Notes: generated by a model from the sequence alone, not told the origin. 64,000 bases of DNA from an uncultured Gammaproteobacteria bacterium (GCA_903938575.1 CAJADV010000085.1:9491-73490); one strand, 5' to 3'; counted from the first letter of the stretch, positions 12,979 through 23,039 are shown. Made by a program: numbers and translations.

Positions 12979-15153
12979 TCAGAACCGCAGTCGCGCCGTG
13001 ACGTGGAAACTGCGCTCTTCCAGCGGGAAATCATCGGGCATCAAGGAGCCCGCAGGCACCGCCTCGGTGGGGCTCGGCTCCCTCGCGTTCTCGTCGAGGA
13101 GATTCTTCACGCGCAAGGCGAGGTCGAGATGTCCGGCGATGCGACTGCGCTCGATGTTGAGGTTCACCAGCGTGTAGTCATCGAGCGGGTCGCGGGGATC
13201 GAGCGGCTCGCGGTTGCGGTCGGCCACCCAGCGCAGTTCGCCCGTGGCCGACCAGTTCTCCGCCAGACGCCAGTGCGCCCGCAGATACGCGGTGCGTTCC
13301 GGTGCCCGGGCGCCGTTCTCGCCCAAGCTCTTGTCTTCGGCATTCTGCACAGCCACGTTGGCCACTACGCGTAGCGATTCCAGTGGCTTCCACTCGGCCT
13401 CGAGCTCGAGGCCACGCCCTTTCTGCCTGCCCACGTTCTGTGCCACCTGTGCGCCGGAGCCGGTGGCGACGAAGTCGATCAGGTCGTCGATGTCGTACTG
13501 GAAAAGGTTCAATCCCAGGCGCCACTCGAAGCCCGGTCTCCAGTCGAGGGCTAGCTCGTAGGTGTTGGTGGTTTCAGGGTCAAGGTCCGGATTTCCGAGC
13601 GCCACGGGGTTGTTGATGATGAACAGTTCCGCGAAGGAGGGGGCGCGGAAGGCGCGGCCGTAGAGCAGTTTGGCGGTGAGATCGGTGTCGACGTCCCAGA
13701 CCAGCGCGAGCCGGGGGTTTACCGTGCTGCCGAAATCCGAGTAATCGTCGAAGCGCACACCGGTGGTCAGGTTCCAGTCGTTGGCGATTTGCCACTGGTC
13801 CTGCAGCGAGGCGTAGGCCACGTCGCGATCCTGGTTCTCGATGAAGGCGTTGGCTGTCCCGCTGACATCGGTGAGCGTGCCGTCCACCGTGCAGATGCCC
13901 GGGCCGCAGTTGCGGCTCGCGAGATCAAGCACGCCGGGGCCGAAATTCTTCGTCTCTTTCCCGGACTCCTTCTGCGAGCTGATTCCCGTCGCCACGCGCA
14001 GGCTGTGGTTTTCGAGCCCATCCCAGGTGAGTACGGCCTCGGCGCGGGCGTGCTCCTCGTAGAACTCGGGATTGCCACGGTAGCCATCGGTGAAACGGAA
14101 CAGACGGAACGGGGCGGCGATCCTGATGTTGCCGTCGTCGCCGATCGGCAGCACGGTGCCCGCAGGAAACAGCGTCTGGCGGGTCTTGATGTTGATATCC
14201 ATGTACGAGGCGCGCAGTTCGAGCGTCGTGTCGGGCGCGAGTGATTTCGTGCTCCAGCCGATATCGAAGAGATAGTTGTCGCCTTCCGCGTTACCCGAAG
14301 GATCCAGCGCCAGCGCGAGTCCGGGGCCGACGCCAACGTCGTCCTGACGCCAGTTCCATGCTCGCAGCTGGAAGTCGTGGTACTTGAGGTCCAGTCGCAC
14401 GTCCATCGATTCGGGGTTGCGTGTGGCGAGTGCTCCGGGCGCGAGCGAGGCGGGCTGCAGACCCAAGGGCGCCAGCACCGTGTCGAATACCGATTGCGCA
14501 TCGCTGCTGATGCGCCGCGAGCTGTCGCCATCGGTGCCAGACGCCTGGGCGGAGAAGCTCACATCCACCTCGCCCCAGCGCGTGCCGTGCAGGAGCCACC
14601 CTTCAGTGGTATCGAAGGAGCCGCCGCGCACGCCCGCTTCGGTGCCGCCGATCTGTGCCGAGCTCTTGGTGATCACGTTGATTACGCCCGCGAGCGCGTC
14701 GGCGCCGTAGATTGCGGAACCCGGGCCACGGATCACCTCCACGCGTGCGATGTCGCGCACGGGGAATGAGCGTCCGCCGCGATCGCCAAAATGCAGCTGC
14801 GTGATCGGCACGCCGTTCACCAGCATCAGTACCTGGGGGTTCTTGTCGGTGTAAATGCCGCGTACCGAGACCACGGGCGAGAGATAGGTGCTTGAGAGCG
14901 AGACATGCACGCCGGGTACGGTTTCGAGGATCTCCTCCAGCGTGGTAGCACCCAGCGCGGCGATGTCCTCGGCGGTTATGACAGAGGCCACGGCAGGCGC
15001 CTTGGCGATCAGCTGCTTTTGTCCCGTTGCGATGCTGAGGAACTCCTCATCTCCGAAGGACGCTGCAAGGTCCTCCTCGGACGACGCCGCGAGACAGTGC
15101 GAAGAGGCGGCCACGGCAGCCGCCAACAGTGCAGGGATGAATCGCTTGTTCAT
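12979..15153 (-). CDS. TonB-dependent outer-membrane receptor
   Basis: Start chosen at ATG 15153 (MNKRFIPALLAAAVAASSHCLAA signal peptide). Plug-domain motifs (VEVIRGPGSAIYGADALAGVINVITK), a long beta-barrel and a terminal ...RLRF. Confidence 0.9.
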   Translation of the reverse strand: MNKRFIPALLAAAVAASSHCLAASSEEDLAASFGDEEFLSIATGQKQLIAKAPAVASVITAEDIAALGATTLEEILETVPGVHVSLSSTYLSPVVSVRGIYTDKNPQVLMLVNGVPITQLHFGDRGGRSFPVRDIARVEVIRGPGSAIYGADALAGVINVITKSSAQIGGTEAGVRGGSFDTTEGWLLHGTRWGEVDVSFSAQASGTDGDSSRRISSDAQSVFDTVLAPLGLQPASLAPGALATRNPESMDVRLDLKYHDFQLRAWNWRQDDVGVGPGLALALDPSGNAEGDNYLFDIGWSTKSLAPDTTLELRASYMDINIKTRQTLFPAGTVLPIGDDGNIRIAAPFRLFRFTDGYRGNPEFYEEHARAEAVLTWDGLENHSLRVATGISSQKESGKETKNFGPGVLDLASRNCGPGICTVDGTLTDVSGTANAFIENQDRDVAYASLQDQWQIANDWNLTTGVRFDDYSDFGSTVNPRLALVWDVDTDLTAKLLYGRAFRAPSFAELFIINNPVALGNPDLDPETTNTYELALDWRPGFEWRLGLNLFQYDIDDLIDFVATGSGAQVAQNVGRQKGRGLELEAEWKPLESLRVVANVAVQNAEDKSLGENGARAPERTAYLRAHWRLAENWSATGELRWVADRNREPLDPRDPLDDYTLVNLNIERSRIAGHLDLALRVKNLLDENAREPSPTEAVPAGSLMPDDFPLEERSFHVTARLRF

Positions 15154-15160
15154 GCGGTAC

Positions 15161-17008
15161 TCACATGGCCTGCAGTGCCTGGATCCGCCGCCCGATCGGA
15201 GGTACCTCGCTGGCATCGATGCGGATATCCAGAAGGGTGGGGCTCTTCTGCATGCAGATTGCGGGGATGTTGAGGTTCAACAGGTCCTGTGGTGTCTGGA
15301 TAAGGTAGCCGCGGATTCCCATGGCCTCGGCCATGCGGCGGAAATCGACCTGCGGCAGCTCCGCGCCGATCCGCTCCCCACCGCCCAGGATCTGGCCGTG
15401 CGCGACCATGCCGAGCCTGGCGTCGTTCAGCACGATGAACACCACCGGCAGGCCGAGCTGTTGGGCAACGGTGATTTCCTGGCCACTCATCAACATGCTG
15501 CCGTCGCCGGTGATGCACACCACCGGGTCGCCCGGGCGCGCGAGCGCCGTGCCCACGGCATTGCCTATCGCCCAGCCCATGGGGGCAAACTCGAAGCCTG
15601 CCTGGAAGAGCCCGCCGCAGTTACTGCGGCGGTCGCGCTCGCCGCGCTCGCCGCGTTCGCGGTGGCGGCGATCGAGCAGGCGGCGGTCGAAGGGGTGCAG
15701 GTAGTGTGTGCTCCACGCAAAGCTGTTGCCGGCATCGGCGAGGTAGCGGGTGCTGGGCGGGAAGAGCTGCGTCAGCTTGGTCATCAGCCACTGCGGCTTG
15801 ACGGGGCTGGAGGCATCGAGGCACTTGGCGAAGTCCGTCACCTCGAAGGGCAGCAGTGATTGTCCGCTGCTCACGTGTTCATCAGTGTCCTGGCGCTCGA
15901 TGCTGCCAAGGTGGCGCCCGGCCTTGCCGAGCTCGATGATCACGCTCTCGAAGATGGTGTCGATGGATCCGCGCACGTGCAGGCGCGCCATCGGCGAGCG
16001 GGTGAGGTTGCCTTCGTTGGAGTCCACGTGGACCAGCTGGCTGTTCAGCAGGCCCTCGCTGTCCCAGTTATTGCTGCTCCACTCGCTCAACAGGTTGCCG
16101 ATGGTGATCATCAGATCGACCTCGGGGTCCCGCAGGGTGCGCTCGGCGCTGACATGGCCAGCAAAGGAGACCACACCGTCGTAGGTGGGGTGGAAGGGGC
16201 TGATCAGTCCCTTGCCGTCAGGCGTGGTGACGACGCGGGCACCGACCATCATGGCGGCACGCAGGATGAGCCCTGCCGCATCCTGGCAGCCGCCGCCCAG
16301 CACGAACACCGGTTTCTTGGCCGCAAGCAGCAGCTCGACCATGGTGGCCAGCGCGCTTTCGTCCTTCCACGCCGGGCGCGCGAGCAGTGAAGTGAGGTTG
16401 TAGGCAGGCCCCGAGGTCGACACGGCAGAGCGCAGCACGTCTAGCGGTACGCTGACATGCGCCGGCCCGCTTGCGTTGAAGGCGGTCATGATGGCGGAGG
16501 TCAGCTTGTGCTCGAGCTGATCGATGTGGCTCACCAGGGTGTTGTAGTGGGTGCAGTGCTGGAACATGCCCACGGTGTTCACCGCGGTGTCGCTGGATTC
16601 CTGGAAGGCCTTGCGACCGAAGTGGCTGAGCGAAGTCTGCGGGGTGATGACCAGCATGGGGATCTGGTTCTCGTAGGCTGAGGCCACGCCGGTGATCAGA
16701 TTGGTGGCTCCGGGGCCGGTGGTGCTGCAGCACACCCCCAGGCGACCGGTGTTGCGGGCATAGCCCTCGGCCATGAAGGCGGCGCCCGTCTCGTGGCGAG
16801 CCACCACGGCCCGCACCGAGCCGCGGCGCTGGCTGCGGGCACGCGCGTTGTACAGGGGCTCGATGGCCCCGCCCGGGATGCCAAAGACGTACTCCACCCC
16901 CAGCTGTTCCAGGTAGCCGAGAATCAGGTCCCCGCCCTCGTAAATCCGGGGCGAGGCTGAAGGCTCCGCGCTGACAGCGGGGTAAAGCGTGCGCACTTGA
17001 GCAACCAC
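15161..17008 (-). CDS. Thiamine-diphosphate-dependent enzyme of the acetolactate-synthase / 2-hydroxyacyl-CoA-lyase superfamily, with an Arg/Glu-rich insertion
   Basis: N-terminal LGVEYVFGIPGG...HETGAAFMAEGYAR...GPGATNL and C-terminal ITGDGSMLM...LNDARLGMV TPP motifs. Extra segment DRRLLDRRHRERGERGERDRRSNCGG lies just before the TPP-binding loop. The stop is 7 nt from the TonB-receptor ATG. Confidence 0.85.
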   Translation of the reverse strand: MVAQVRTLYPAVSAEPSASPRIYEGGDLILGYLEQLGVEYVFGIPGGAIEPLYNARARSQRRGSVRAVVARHETGAAFMAEGYARNTGRLGVCCSTTGPGATNLITGVASAYENQIPMLVITPQTSLSHFGRKAFQESSDTAVNTVGMFQHCTHYNTLVSHIDQLEHKLTSAIMTAFNASGPAHVSVPLDVLRSAVSTSGPAYNLTSLLARPAWKDESALATMVELLLAAKKPVFVLGGGCQDAAGLILRAAMMVGARVVTTPDGKGLISPFHPTYDGVVSFAGHVSAERTLRDPEVDLMITIGNLLSEWSSNNWDSEGLLNSQLVHVDSNEGNLTRSPMARLHVRGSIDTIFESVIIELGKAGRHLGSIERQDTDEHVSSGQSLLPFEVTDFAKCLDASSPVKPQWLMTKLTQLFPPSTRYLADAGNSFAWSTHYLHPFDRRLLDRRHRERGERGERDRRSNCGGLFQAGFEFAPMGWAIGNAVGTALARPGDPVVCITGDGSMLMSGQEITVAQQLGLPVVFIVLNDARLGMVAHGQILGGGERIGAELPQVDFRRMAEAMGIRGYLIQTPQDLLNLNIPAICMQKSPTLLDIRIDASEVPPIGRRIQALQAM

Positions 17009-17195
17009 GGAGGGCTCCTTCCATTAGAGACCGCTTCAGTATAGAAGGCTAAACCATTGCTGCTTGTGAATTTTCCGGCTTTGAGAGCGGCTGCGAAAAG
17101 ATGGTCTAGGAGCCCGCGCTGCCGAGGGGGGTGTGCCCGGCTCCCGCCCGCTGGCATCATGGGCGCAGACCCCATCCAGCGCCCGGAGAGACCTC

Positions 17196-17894
17196 ATGGA
17201 AAAACTGATCTACCCCCTCTGGAGTCACCCCGGCGAGACCTCCTCGAGGCTTCGCGAGCGCCTGCTCGGGGTGTCCGCGGAACTGCTGGGCGCCGGTGCG
17301 CATCAGGTTCGGCTCAGCGTGGTTGACGAGGACGTGGCGGCCGCAGCACCGCTCAGGCAGACCAACACCAAGCCCACCTGCGACGCCCTGTTGAGTCTTT
17401 GGGTGGATACGGCGGTTTGGCACCAGCGCTACGAGGCGCTTATCGCGCCCCATGTCGCCCGCTATAACGGCTATCTCGTGTGCGAATCCGAGCCCATCCG
17501 CCATGCCCAGCGCGCCCCGGGCGACGGCAGCCGGGTGGAGGGAATGTGCCAGGTGGTGTTTCTCCAGCGCCCGCCGCGTCTGCCTGCCGAGGAATGGATC
17601 CGGATCTGGCAGGGGAGCCACACGCAGGTGGCCATAGACACCCAGGCGACCTTCGGTTACCGCCAGAACGTGGTCATCCGGGCCCTGACCTACGCTGCGC
17701 CGCGCTACGACGCGATCGTCGAGGAGAACTTCCCCGCGGCGGCCATGAGCAGCCAGAATGCCTTCTATGACGCCGTGGGAGACGACGCCAAGCGCGAGGC
17801 CAACCTCAAGGCCATGATCGACAGCTGCGTGCGCTTCATCGATTTCGACTGCATCGACGTGATCCCCACCAGCGAGTACAACCTGCACCGCTGA
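17196..17894 (+). CDS. Hypothetical protein, possibly a tandem EthD-like (dimeric alpha/beta barrel) domain protein
   Basis: Start at ATG 17196, preceded by GGAGAG. The MEKLIYPLW... opening and a second half MCQVVFLQRPPRLPAEEWIRIW...YRQNVV resemble EthD-type domains. The family call is tentative. Confidence 0.5.
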   Translation: MEKLIYPLWSHPGETSSRLRERLLGVSAELLGAGAHQVRLSVVDEDVAAAAPLRQTNTKPTCDALLSLWVDTAVWHQRYEALIAPHVARYNGYLVCESEPIRHAQRAPGDGSRVEGMCQVVFLQRPPRLPAEEWIRIWQGSHTQVAIDTQATFGYRQNVVIRALTYAAPRYDAIVEENFPAAAMSSQNAFYDAVGDDAKREANLKAMIDSCVRFIDFDCIDVIPTSEYNLHR

Positions 17895-17936
17895 GCGCCG
17901 CCGCCCCTCACCAGAGCCCCATCCAAGGACCCACTC

Positions 17937-18866
17937 ATGCCGCTGCACCCGCACGTGATCCCGATTCTTGACGCATTGAACGCCAATATGGCGGCCATCC
18001 CGCAGGTGCCGGTTGAGCAGATCGGCCTGCTCCGGCAGGGACCGATGGCGCCGCCGCCGGAGCAGCCGACACCAGTGGCACGGGTGGAAGACCGTGCCAT
18101 TCCCGGGCCAGCCGGCGATCTCATCGTGCGGATCTATTGGCCGGAGGCCTCGGGGCCCCGCCCGCTGGTGGTGTTCTTCCACGGTGGCGGCTTCGTGCTC
18201 TGCAGCCTGGATACGCACGATGAACTCGGCCGCGGACTCTGCCGTGAAGCCGAAGCGGTTGTGGTGTCGGTGGACTACCGGCTGGCACCCGAGAACCCTT
18301 ACCCGGCAGCGGCCGATGACTGCTACGCGGCGCTCGTCTGGGCTGTGGCCAACGCCGAGAGCCTGGGAGCGGATCCGGCCAGAGTGGCGGTGGCCGGCGA
18401 CAGCGCCGGCGGCAATCTGGCAGCGGTTACGGCGCTGCGGGCCCGGGATCTGGGTGGTCCGGCGCTGCGGCATCAATGTCTTATTTACCCGGTCACCGAT
18501 TCCCGTTGCGACACGCCGTCATTCGCGGAAAACGCTGACGGCTACTTCCTCTCGGCCGATGGCATGCGCTGGTTCTGGTCGCACTATCTGCAGGATGGGG
18601 GGCGGGGTGATGAGGCCTACGCCTCGCCGCTGCGGGCGCCGGATCTTTCGGGTTTGCCGCCGACGCTCGTGATCACGGCCGAGTACGACCCGCTGCGCGA
18701 TGAGGGTGAGCGCTACGCCGCAGCGCTTGCCGCTGCTGGTGTTGCCACCGAGCTGCGCCGCTATGACGGGATGATCCACGGTTTCGTCAGTCTGGCCGCG
18801 CTCCTCGAGGATGGCGGCCATGCGCTCGCGCTGGCCTCGCGGCATCTGCGCGAGGCACTTGCCTGA
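17937..18866 (+). CDS. Alpha/beta hydrolase fold-3 esterase/lipase (hormone-sensitive-lipase family)
   Basis: HGGGF oxyanion motif and GDSAGGNLA nucleophile elbow, with a C-terminal DPLRDEG...HGF arrangement. Confidence 0.9.
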   Translation: MPLHPHVIPILDALNANMAAIPQVPVEQIGLLRQGPMAPPPEQPTPVARVEDRAIPGPAGDLIVRIYWPEASGPRPLVVFFHGGGFVLCSLDTHDELGRGLCREAEAVVVSVDYRLAPENPYPAAADDCYAALVWAVANAESLGADPARVAVAGDSAGGNLAAVTALRARDLGGPALRHQCLIYPVTDSRCDTPSFAENADGYFLSADGMRWFWSHYLQDGGRGDEAYASPLRAPDLSGLPPTLVITAEYDPLRDEGERYAAALAAAGVATELRRYDGMIHGFVSLAALLEDGGHALALASRHLREALA

Positions 18867-18992
18867 GATTGGCGTTGGTGATGGTCGTGCGCATTCACGG
18901 TAATTTTGGAGATGCGCGCCGCGTGGGCGCCGGGAGCCTCCTATCTTTTGCAGTCAGACCCGGCCGCCAGAGCGGGGTACGCGGAGGTAGGC

Positions 18993-19169
18993 ATGACGAA
19001 GTTCATCACGGTCATCCCGGGGGGCAAACCGCCGCTCACGGCGCGGCCAGAGCGCCGCAAGGCGCCGCGCGGGCAGACCGAACTCCGCATGGGCAAACCG
19101 CTCTACCGGCCCGCATTCAACGTGAGTGCAGGAGACTCCTTCGAGGCCGCCGTCCCCGGGTACAACTGA
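18993..19169 (+). CDS. Small hypothetical protein (58 aa)
   Basis: ATG 18993 is preceded by GGAGGT at good spacing. The sequence MTKFITVIPGGKPPLTARPERRKAPRGQ... has no recognisable family. It overlaps the non-coding 5' extension of the dapA track ORF. Confidence 0.3.
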   Translation: MTKFITVIPGGKPPLTARPERRKAPRGQTELRMGKPLYRPAFNVSAGDSFEAAVPGYN

Positions 19170-19245
19170 GCCGCGTGAGGCGGCTCGCTTGAGCTTGTCG
19201 GGAGCCGAACGTATCCTTCGCTCCTTTACGCCCCGGAGTGTTCCG

Positions 19246-20136
19246 ATGGTCTCGGGCAGTGTTGTTGCGCTCGTGACCCCGATGCACCCATCGGGCTCGA
19301 TCGATTGGGATTCCCTGGACCGTCTTGTCGACTGGCACGTGACAGAAGGCACCTGCGGTATCGTCTCGGTGGGCACCACCGGAGAGTCCTCTACCGTCAG
19401 TGTCGACGAGCACTGCGAGGTCGTCCGCCGCACCGTGGCGGCTGCGGCCGGGCGCATTCCGGTGATCGCCGGCACCGGCGCCAATTCCACGCGCGAGGCC
19501 ATCGAGCTCACCGGAGCCGCCAAGCGCCTTGGAGCCGACGCCGCGCTGCTCGTCACCCCCTACTACAACAAGCCCACGCAGGAAGGCCTCTACCTGCACT
19601 ACCGGGCGATTGCCGAGGCCGTGGATCTGCCGCAGATCCTCTACAACGTGCCGTCCCGTACCGCCTGCGACCTGCTGCCCGATACCATCTGCCGACTGGC
19701 CGGTGTGCCGGGTATCGTCGGACTCAAGGAGGCCACCGGCAACCTCGACCGGGCCCGTGAGCTGATCGCCCGCGTGCCGCGGGGTTTTGCCCTGTATTCC
19801 GGCGATGACGCCACCGCCGCGGAGTTCATGCTGGCGGGGGGGCAGGGCACCATTTCGGTCACCGCCAATATTGTTCCGGCGCGTCTTGCTGCTGTGTGCC
19901 GTGCCGCGCTGGCGGGTCAGGGAGCGCTTGCCCGCAGCCTCGATGCGGAACTTGCCGAATTGCACCGTGTGCTGTTCCTCGAATCGAACCCCATTCCTGC
20001 AAAATGGGCCCTTGCCGAAATGGGCCTGATGGAAGTGGGCATCCGCCTGCCGCTCACGCCGCTCTCTGCCACACACCAGCCGCGCCTGCGCCGGGCGCTG
20101 GCCGACCTCGGACTCCTCGCTGCCTGCGAGGCTTGA
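19246..20136 (+). CDS. dapA: 4-hydroxy-tetrahydrodipicolinate synthase
   Basis: Start at internal ATG 19246 (MVSGSVVALVTPMHP...). GTTGES, PYYNKPTQEGL and YNVPSRT motifs. Conserved dapA-bamC synteny. Confidence 0.95.
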   Translation: MVSGSVVALVTPMHPSGSIDWDSLDRLVDWHVTEGTCGIVSVGTTGESSTVSVDEHCEVVRRTVAAAAGRIPVIAGTGANSTREAIELTGAAKRLGADAALLVTPYYNKPTQEGLYLHYRAIAEAVDLPQILYNVPSRTACDLLPDTICRLAGVPGIVGLKEATGNLDRARELIARVPRGFALYSGDDATAAEFMLAGGQGTISVTANIVPARLAAVCRAALAGQGALARSLDAELAELHRVLFLESNPIPAKWALAEMGLMEVGIRLPLTPLSATHQPRLRRALADLGLLAACEA

Positions 20137-20140
20137 AGGA

Positions 20141-21277
20141 ATGACACGAATGCGTTTTCTGCCGCTGTTGCTGATCGCCTCGACCCTCTCCATGTCCGGC
20201 TGCGGCTGGCTCGTGGGGGAGAAGGGTTACTTTCGTGACCGCGGAGACGACTACCGCAAAGCCACTTCAATCCCCCCGATGCAGCCGCCCGAGGGCAAAA
20301 AGCCGCAGGCCGTCGAGCCGCTCTACCCGATTCCCGTGGAGCGCACCGATGCGCTGCTCGGCAAGGAGTTCGAGGTGCCGAGACCGGCGCCGCTGGTGGC
20401 GGATCCGGAGCAGGATGTGGTGCGCATCCAGAAGCTCGGCGAACAGCAGTGGATCCTGCTCGACGGCGCCCCGGGGGAGATCTGGCCGCGTCTGCGCGCT
20501 TTCCTTGTTTCCAACCAGATCGGGCTTGATCGCGAGGAAGCTGCCAACGGGGTGATGGAAACCAGCTGGCTGCAACTCAAGGGCTCCGATAACCGCCGCG
20601 AGAAGTACCGTTACCGCGTTGATCAGGGCGTGCAGCGCAACAGCACCGAGATCTATATCACGCAGATTTCCTACACCCATATGCCCGGCGCGGATGACAA
20701 GCCGCCTGAGTTCAAGGACACCTCCATGAGCGCCGAGCGCGAGACCTGGATGGTCAAGGAGCTCGCCGGCTACCTGGCAAACACCACGGAGCAGGCCTCG
20801 GTCAGTCTGCTGGCGCAGGGAATCAGTACGGCCAACAAGGTCTACATCATCCGCGGTGCCGACCAGATCCCCATGATCGACCTGCGTCTTCCCTTCGAAC
20901 GCGCCTGGGCCTCCTTGGGCCGCTCGCTGCCGCGGGCCGGGTTCACGGTGCAGGATCTGGATCGCAGCGCCGGCATCTACTACGTGAAGTACGAGCCATC
21001 CCAGAAGAAAGACGACGCCGAGGCGGGTGAGGGCGAGGTCGAGATCAGCAAGGAAGAGCCCAAGAGCGGCGGCAAGGGCTTCTTCAAGCGGCTCTTCAGC
21101 TGGTGGGGCGATGACGACGAAGACGAGGACAATCCCGCGGTGGGCCGGGCTTACCGCCTGCAGATGCGCGAGGCGACCGGTGGCGCGACCATCGAGGTGC
21201 GCCGCGAGGACGGTACGCCCTTCGAGGACGGCGAGAACGAATTCCTGCTCGGTGTGATCAAGGCCAACCTCGCCTGA
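20141..21277 (+). CDS. bamC: Outer-membrane protein assembly factor BamC (NlpB) lipoprotein
   Basis: Lipobox LSMSGC. Central region resembles E. coli BamC (WPRLRAFLVSNQIGLDREEAANGVMETSWLQL). Acidic low-complexity tail. Immediately follows dapA. Confidence 0.8.
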   Translation: MTRMRFLPLLLIASTLSMSGCGWLVGEKGYFRDRGDDYRKATSIPPMQPPEGKKPQAVEPLYPIPVERTDALLGKEFEVPRPAPLVADPEQDVVRIQKLGEQQWILLDGAPGEIWPRLRAFLVSNQIGLDREEAANGVMETSWLQLKGSDNRREKYRYRVDQGVQRNSTEIYITQISYTHMPGADDKPPEFKDTSMSAERETWMVKELAGYLANTTEQASVSLLAQGISTANKVYIIRGADQIPMIDLRLPFERAWASLGRSLPRAGFTVQDLDRSAGIYYVKYEPSQKKDDAEAGEGEVEISKEEPKSGGKGFFKRLFSWWGDDDEDEDNPAVGRAYRLQMREATGGATIEVRREDGTPFEDGENEFLLGVIKANLA

Positions 21278-21286
21278 TCCGCGGGA

Positions 21287-22042
21287 GTGGAGTTCTGCTC
21301 GCTCGGAAGTGGCAGCGCGGGTAACGCGCTGCTGGTGCGCTCGGGCAACGCCTGCCTGATGCTCGACTGCGGATTCGGGCCGCGTGAGCTCGAGCGCCGT
21401 ATCGCCAGCCGGGCCATGGACCCCAGAGACATCGACGCTATCGTGGTCACCCACGAGCACTCCGATCACGTAGGCGGTGTGGCGGCCGTGGCGCGGCGCT
21501 TTGGTATAGCCGTGTACGCCACAGCAGGCACCGCCAAGGCCTCGCGCCTCAACCAGCAGCCCTTCGGCGTGCTCGAGTCCGAGCGCACGCTGCGCATAGG
21601 CGACATCGACGTGCTGCCCGTAACGGTTCCCCACGATGCCCGCGAGCCCTGCCAGTTCCTGTTCGCACATGCCGGCAAGACGCTGGGCGTACTGACCGAT
21701 CTGGGGCATGTCTCGAAGCTGGTGCGCGATCGCTTTGCCGCCTGCGACGCATTGGTGCTCGAGTGCAATCATGACGAGCAGATGCTGGAGCAGGGGCCTT
21801 ACCCCTACCCCCTGAAGCGCCGCGTCGGGGGCAGTCTGGGGCATCTGAGCAATGCGCAGGCCGCGGGTCTGTTGGCCGGCGTGGAGCAGGGGGCGCTGCA
21901 GCATCTTGTCGCGGCCCACCTGAGCGAACAGAATAACGCTCCCCGCAAAGCCCGTGAGGCGCTGGCGGCGGTGCTCGGACACGAGCGCGGCCTGCAAGTT
22001 GCCGATCAGTCAGCGGGCTTCGGGTGGCTCGAAATTCTCTGA
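21287..22042 (+). CDS. MBL-fold metallo-hydrolase
   Basis: GTG start. THEHSDHVGG metal-binding motif. Sits in the common dapA-bamC-MBL-purC arrangement. Confidence 0.85.
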   Translation: MEFCSLGSGSAGNALLVRSGNACLMLDCGFGPRELERRIASRAMDPRDIDAIVVTHEHSDHVGGVAAVARRFGIAVYATAGTAKASRLNQQPFGVLESERTLRIGDIDVLPVTVPHDAREPCQFLFAHAGKTLGVLTDLGHVSKLVRDRFAACDALVLECNHDEQMLEQGPYPYPLKRRVGGSLGHLSNAQAAGLLAGVEQGALQHLVAAHLSEQNNAPRKAREALAAVLGHERGLQVADQSAGFGWLEIL

Positions 22043-22078
22043 GCTGCGTATACCTTTTTTTGCATCACGGAAAGGACC

Positions 22079-22792
22079 ATGGAAAAGCGCGATCTGTTGG
22101 TGAAAGGCAAGGCAAAGTCGATGTACGCCACGGATGACCCGGGCTACGTGATCATGCACTTCCGCGATGACACCTCGGCCTTCGACGGCAAGAAAGTCGA
22201 GCAGCTCGAGCGCAAGGGTCGCGTCAACAATATCTTCAACGCCTTCATCATGGAGACGCTCGCCGCCGCGGGCATCCCGACCCACTTCGTGAAACGCATC
22301 GACGACCGCGATTCGCTGGTGCGGCGCATGAGCATGATTCCGGTGGAATGCGTGGTGCGGAACATCGCCGCCGGCAGCATCTGCCGCCGCCTTGGTGTGA
22401 AGGAAGGCATCGATCTCGAGCCGCCGACCTTCGAGCTGTTTTACAAGGACGACGCCCTCGGCGACCCGATGATCAACGAATACCACATCGCCGCTTTCAA
22501 GTGGGCGCGGCTGGAGGATGTGAACACAGCGCGGGAGCTCACTTTCAAGGTGAACGATGTCCTGAAAAAGCTGTTTCTGGACCACGGGATGCTGTTGGTA
22601 GACTACAAACTTGAGTTCGGGACCTGTGATGGCCAAGTGCTGCTCGGTGACGAGTTCACACCAGACGGTTGCCGACTCTGGGACGTCGAAACCCGCGAAA
22701 AGCTCGACAAGGACCGCTTCCGCCAGAGCCTCGGCAACGTGGTGGAGTCCTACGAAGTGGTGGGTCGCAGACTGGGCCTCAGCTTCGATTGA
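22079..22792 (+). CDS. purC: Phosphoribosylaminoimidazole-succinocarboxamide (SAICAR) synthase
   Basis: 237 aa. The opening [30 protein letters not shown] and LVDYKLEFG are typical of PurC. Confidence 0.95.
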   Translation: MEKRDLLVKGKAKSMYATDDPGYVIMHFRDDTSAFDGKKVEQLERKGRVNNIFNAFIMETLAAAGIPTHFVKRIDDRDSLVRRMSMIPVECVVRNIAAGSICRRLGVKEGIDLEPPTFELFYKDDALGDPMINEYHIAAFKWARLEDVNTARELTFKVNDVLKKLFLDHGMLLVDYKLEFGTCDGQVLLGDEFTPDGCRLWDVETREKLDKDRFRQSLGNVVESYEVVGRRLGLSFD

Positions 22793-22841
22793 TGTGCGTT
22801 CCGGTTGTCGCGCTGACCGCTCGCGACAACCTGGCTTTTCC

Positions 22842-22931
22842 GGAGAGGTGCGAGAGCGGTTGAATCGACTTGACTCGAAATCAAGCGTAGGTGAAAGCCT
22901 ACCGTGGGTTCGAATCCCACCCTCTCCACCA
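22842..22931 (+). tRNA. tRNA-Ser (anticodon CGA), class II with long variable arm, encoded CCA
   Basis: Hand-folded cloverleaf. Acceptor GGAGAGG/CCTCTCC. Anticodon stem CTTGA/TCAAG with loop CTCGAAA. Variable arm GTAGG-TGAAAG-CCTAC. T arm GTGGG-TTCGAAT-CCCAC. Confidence 0.9.
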
Positions 22932-22940
22932 TATAAAAAA

Positions 22941-22967
22941 GGGCCCCCAGCGGGGCCCTTTTTTTAT
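22941..22967 (+). terminator. Rho-independent terminator after tRNA-Ser
   Basis: Perfect GGGCCCC/GGGGCCC stem with a 4-nt loop, followed by a run of T residues. Confidence 0.8.
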
Positions 22968-23039
22968 TTGGTGCAGTGGGCGGCGTGGACGAAACCACCG
23001 GTTCGACAAATCGGCAGGAGTGTAACGCTCGCCTTGGAC

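Noticed and set aside
17157-18476. 439-aa minus-strand ORF
   Set aside because: It is antisense to the EthD-like and esterase genes. It has no motifs and a typical high-GC shadow composition.
20267-21997. 576-aa minus-strand ORF
   Set aside because: It is antisense to bamC and the MBL hydrolase, both of which are supported by motifs and conserved synteny.
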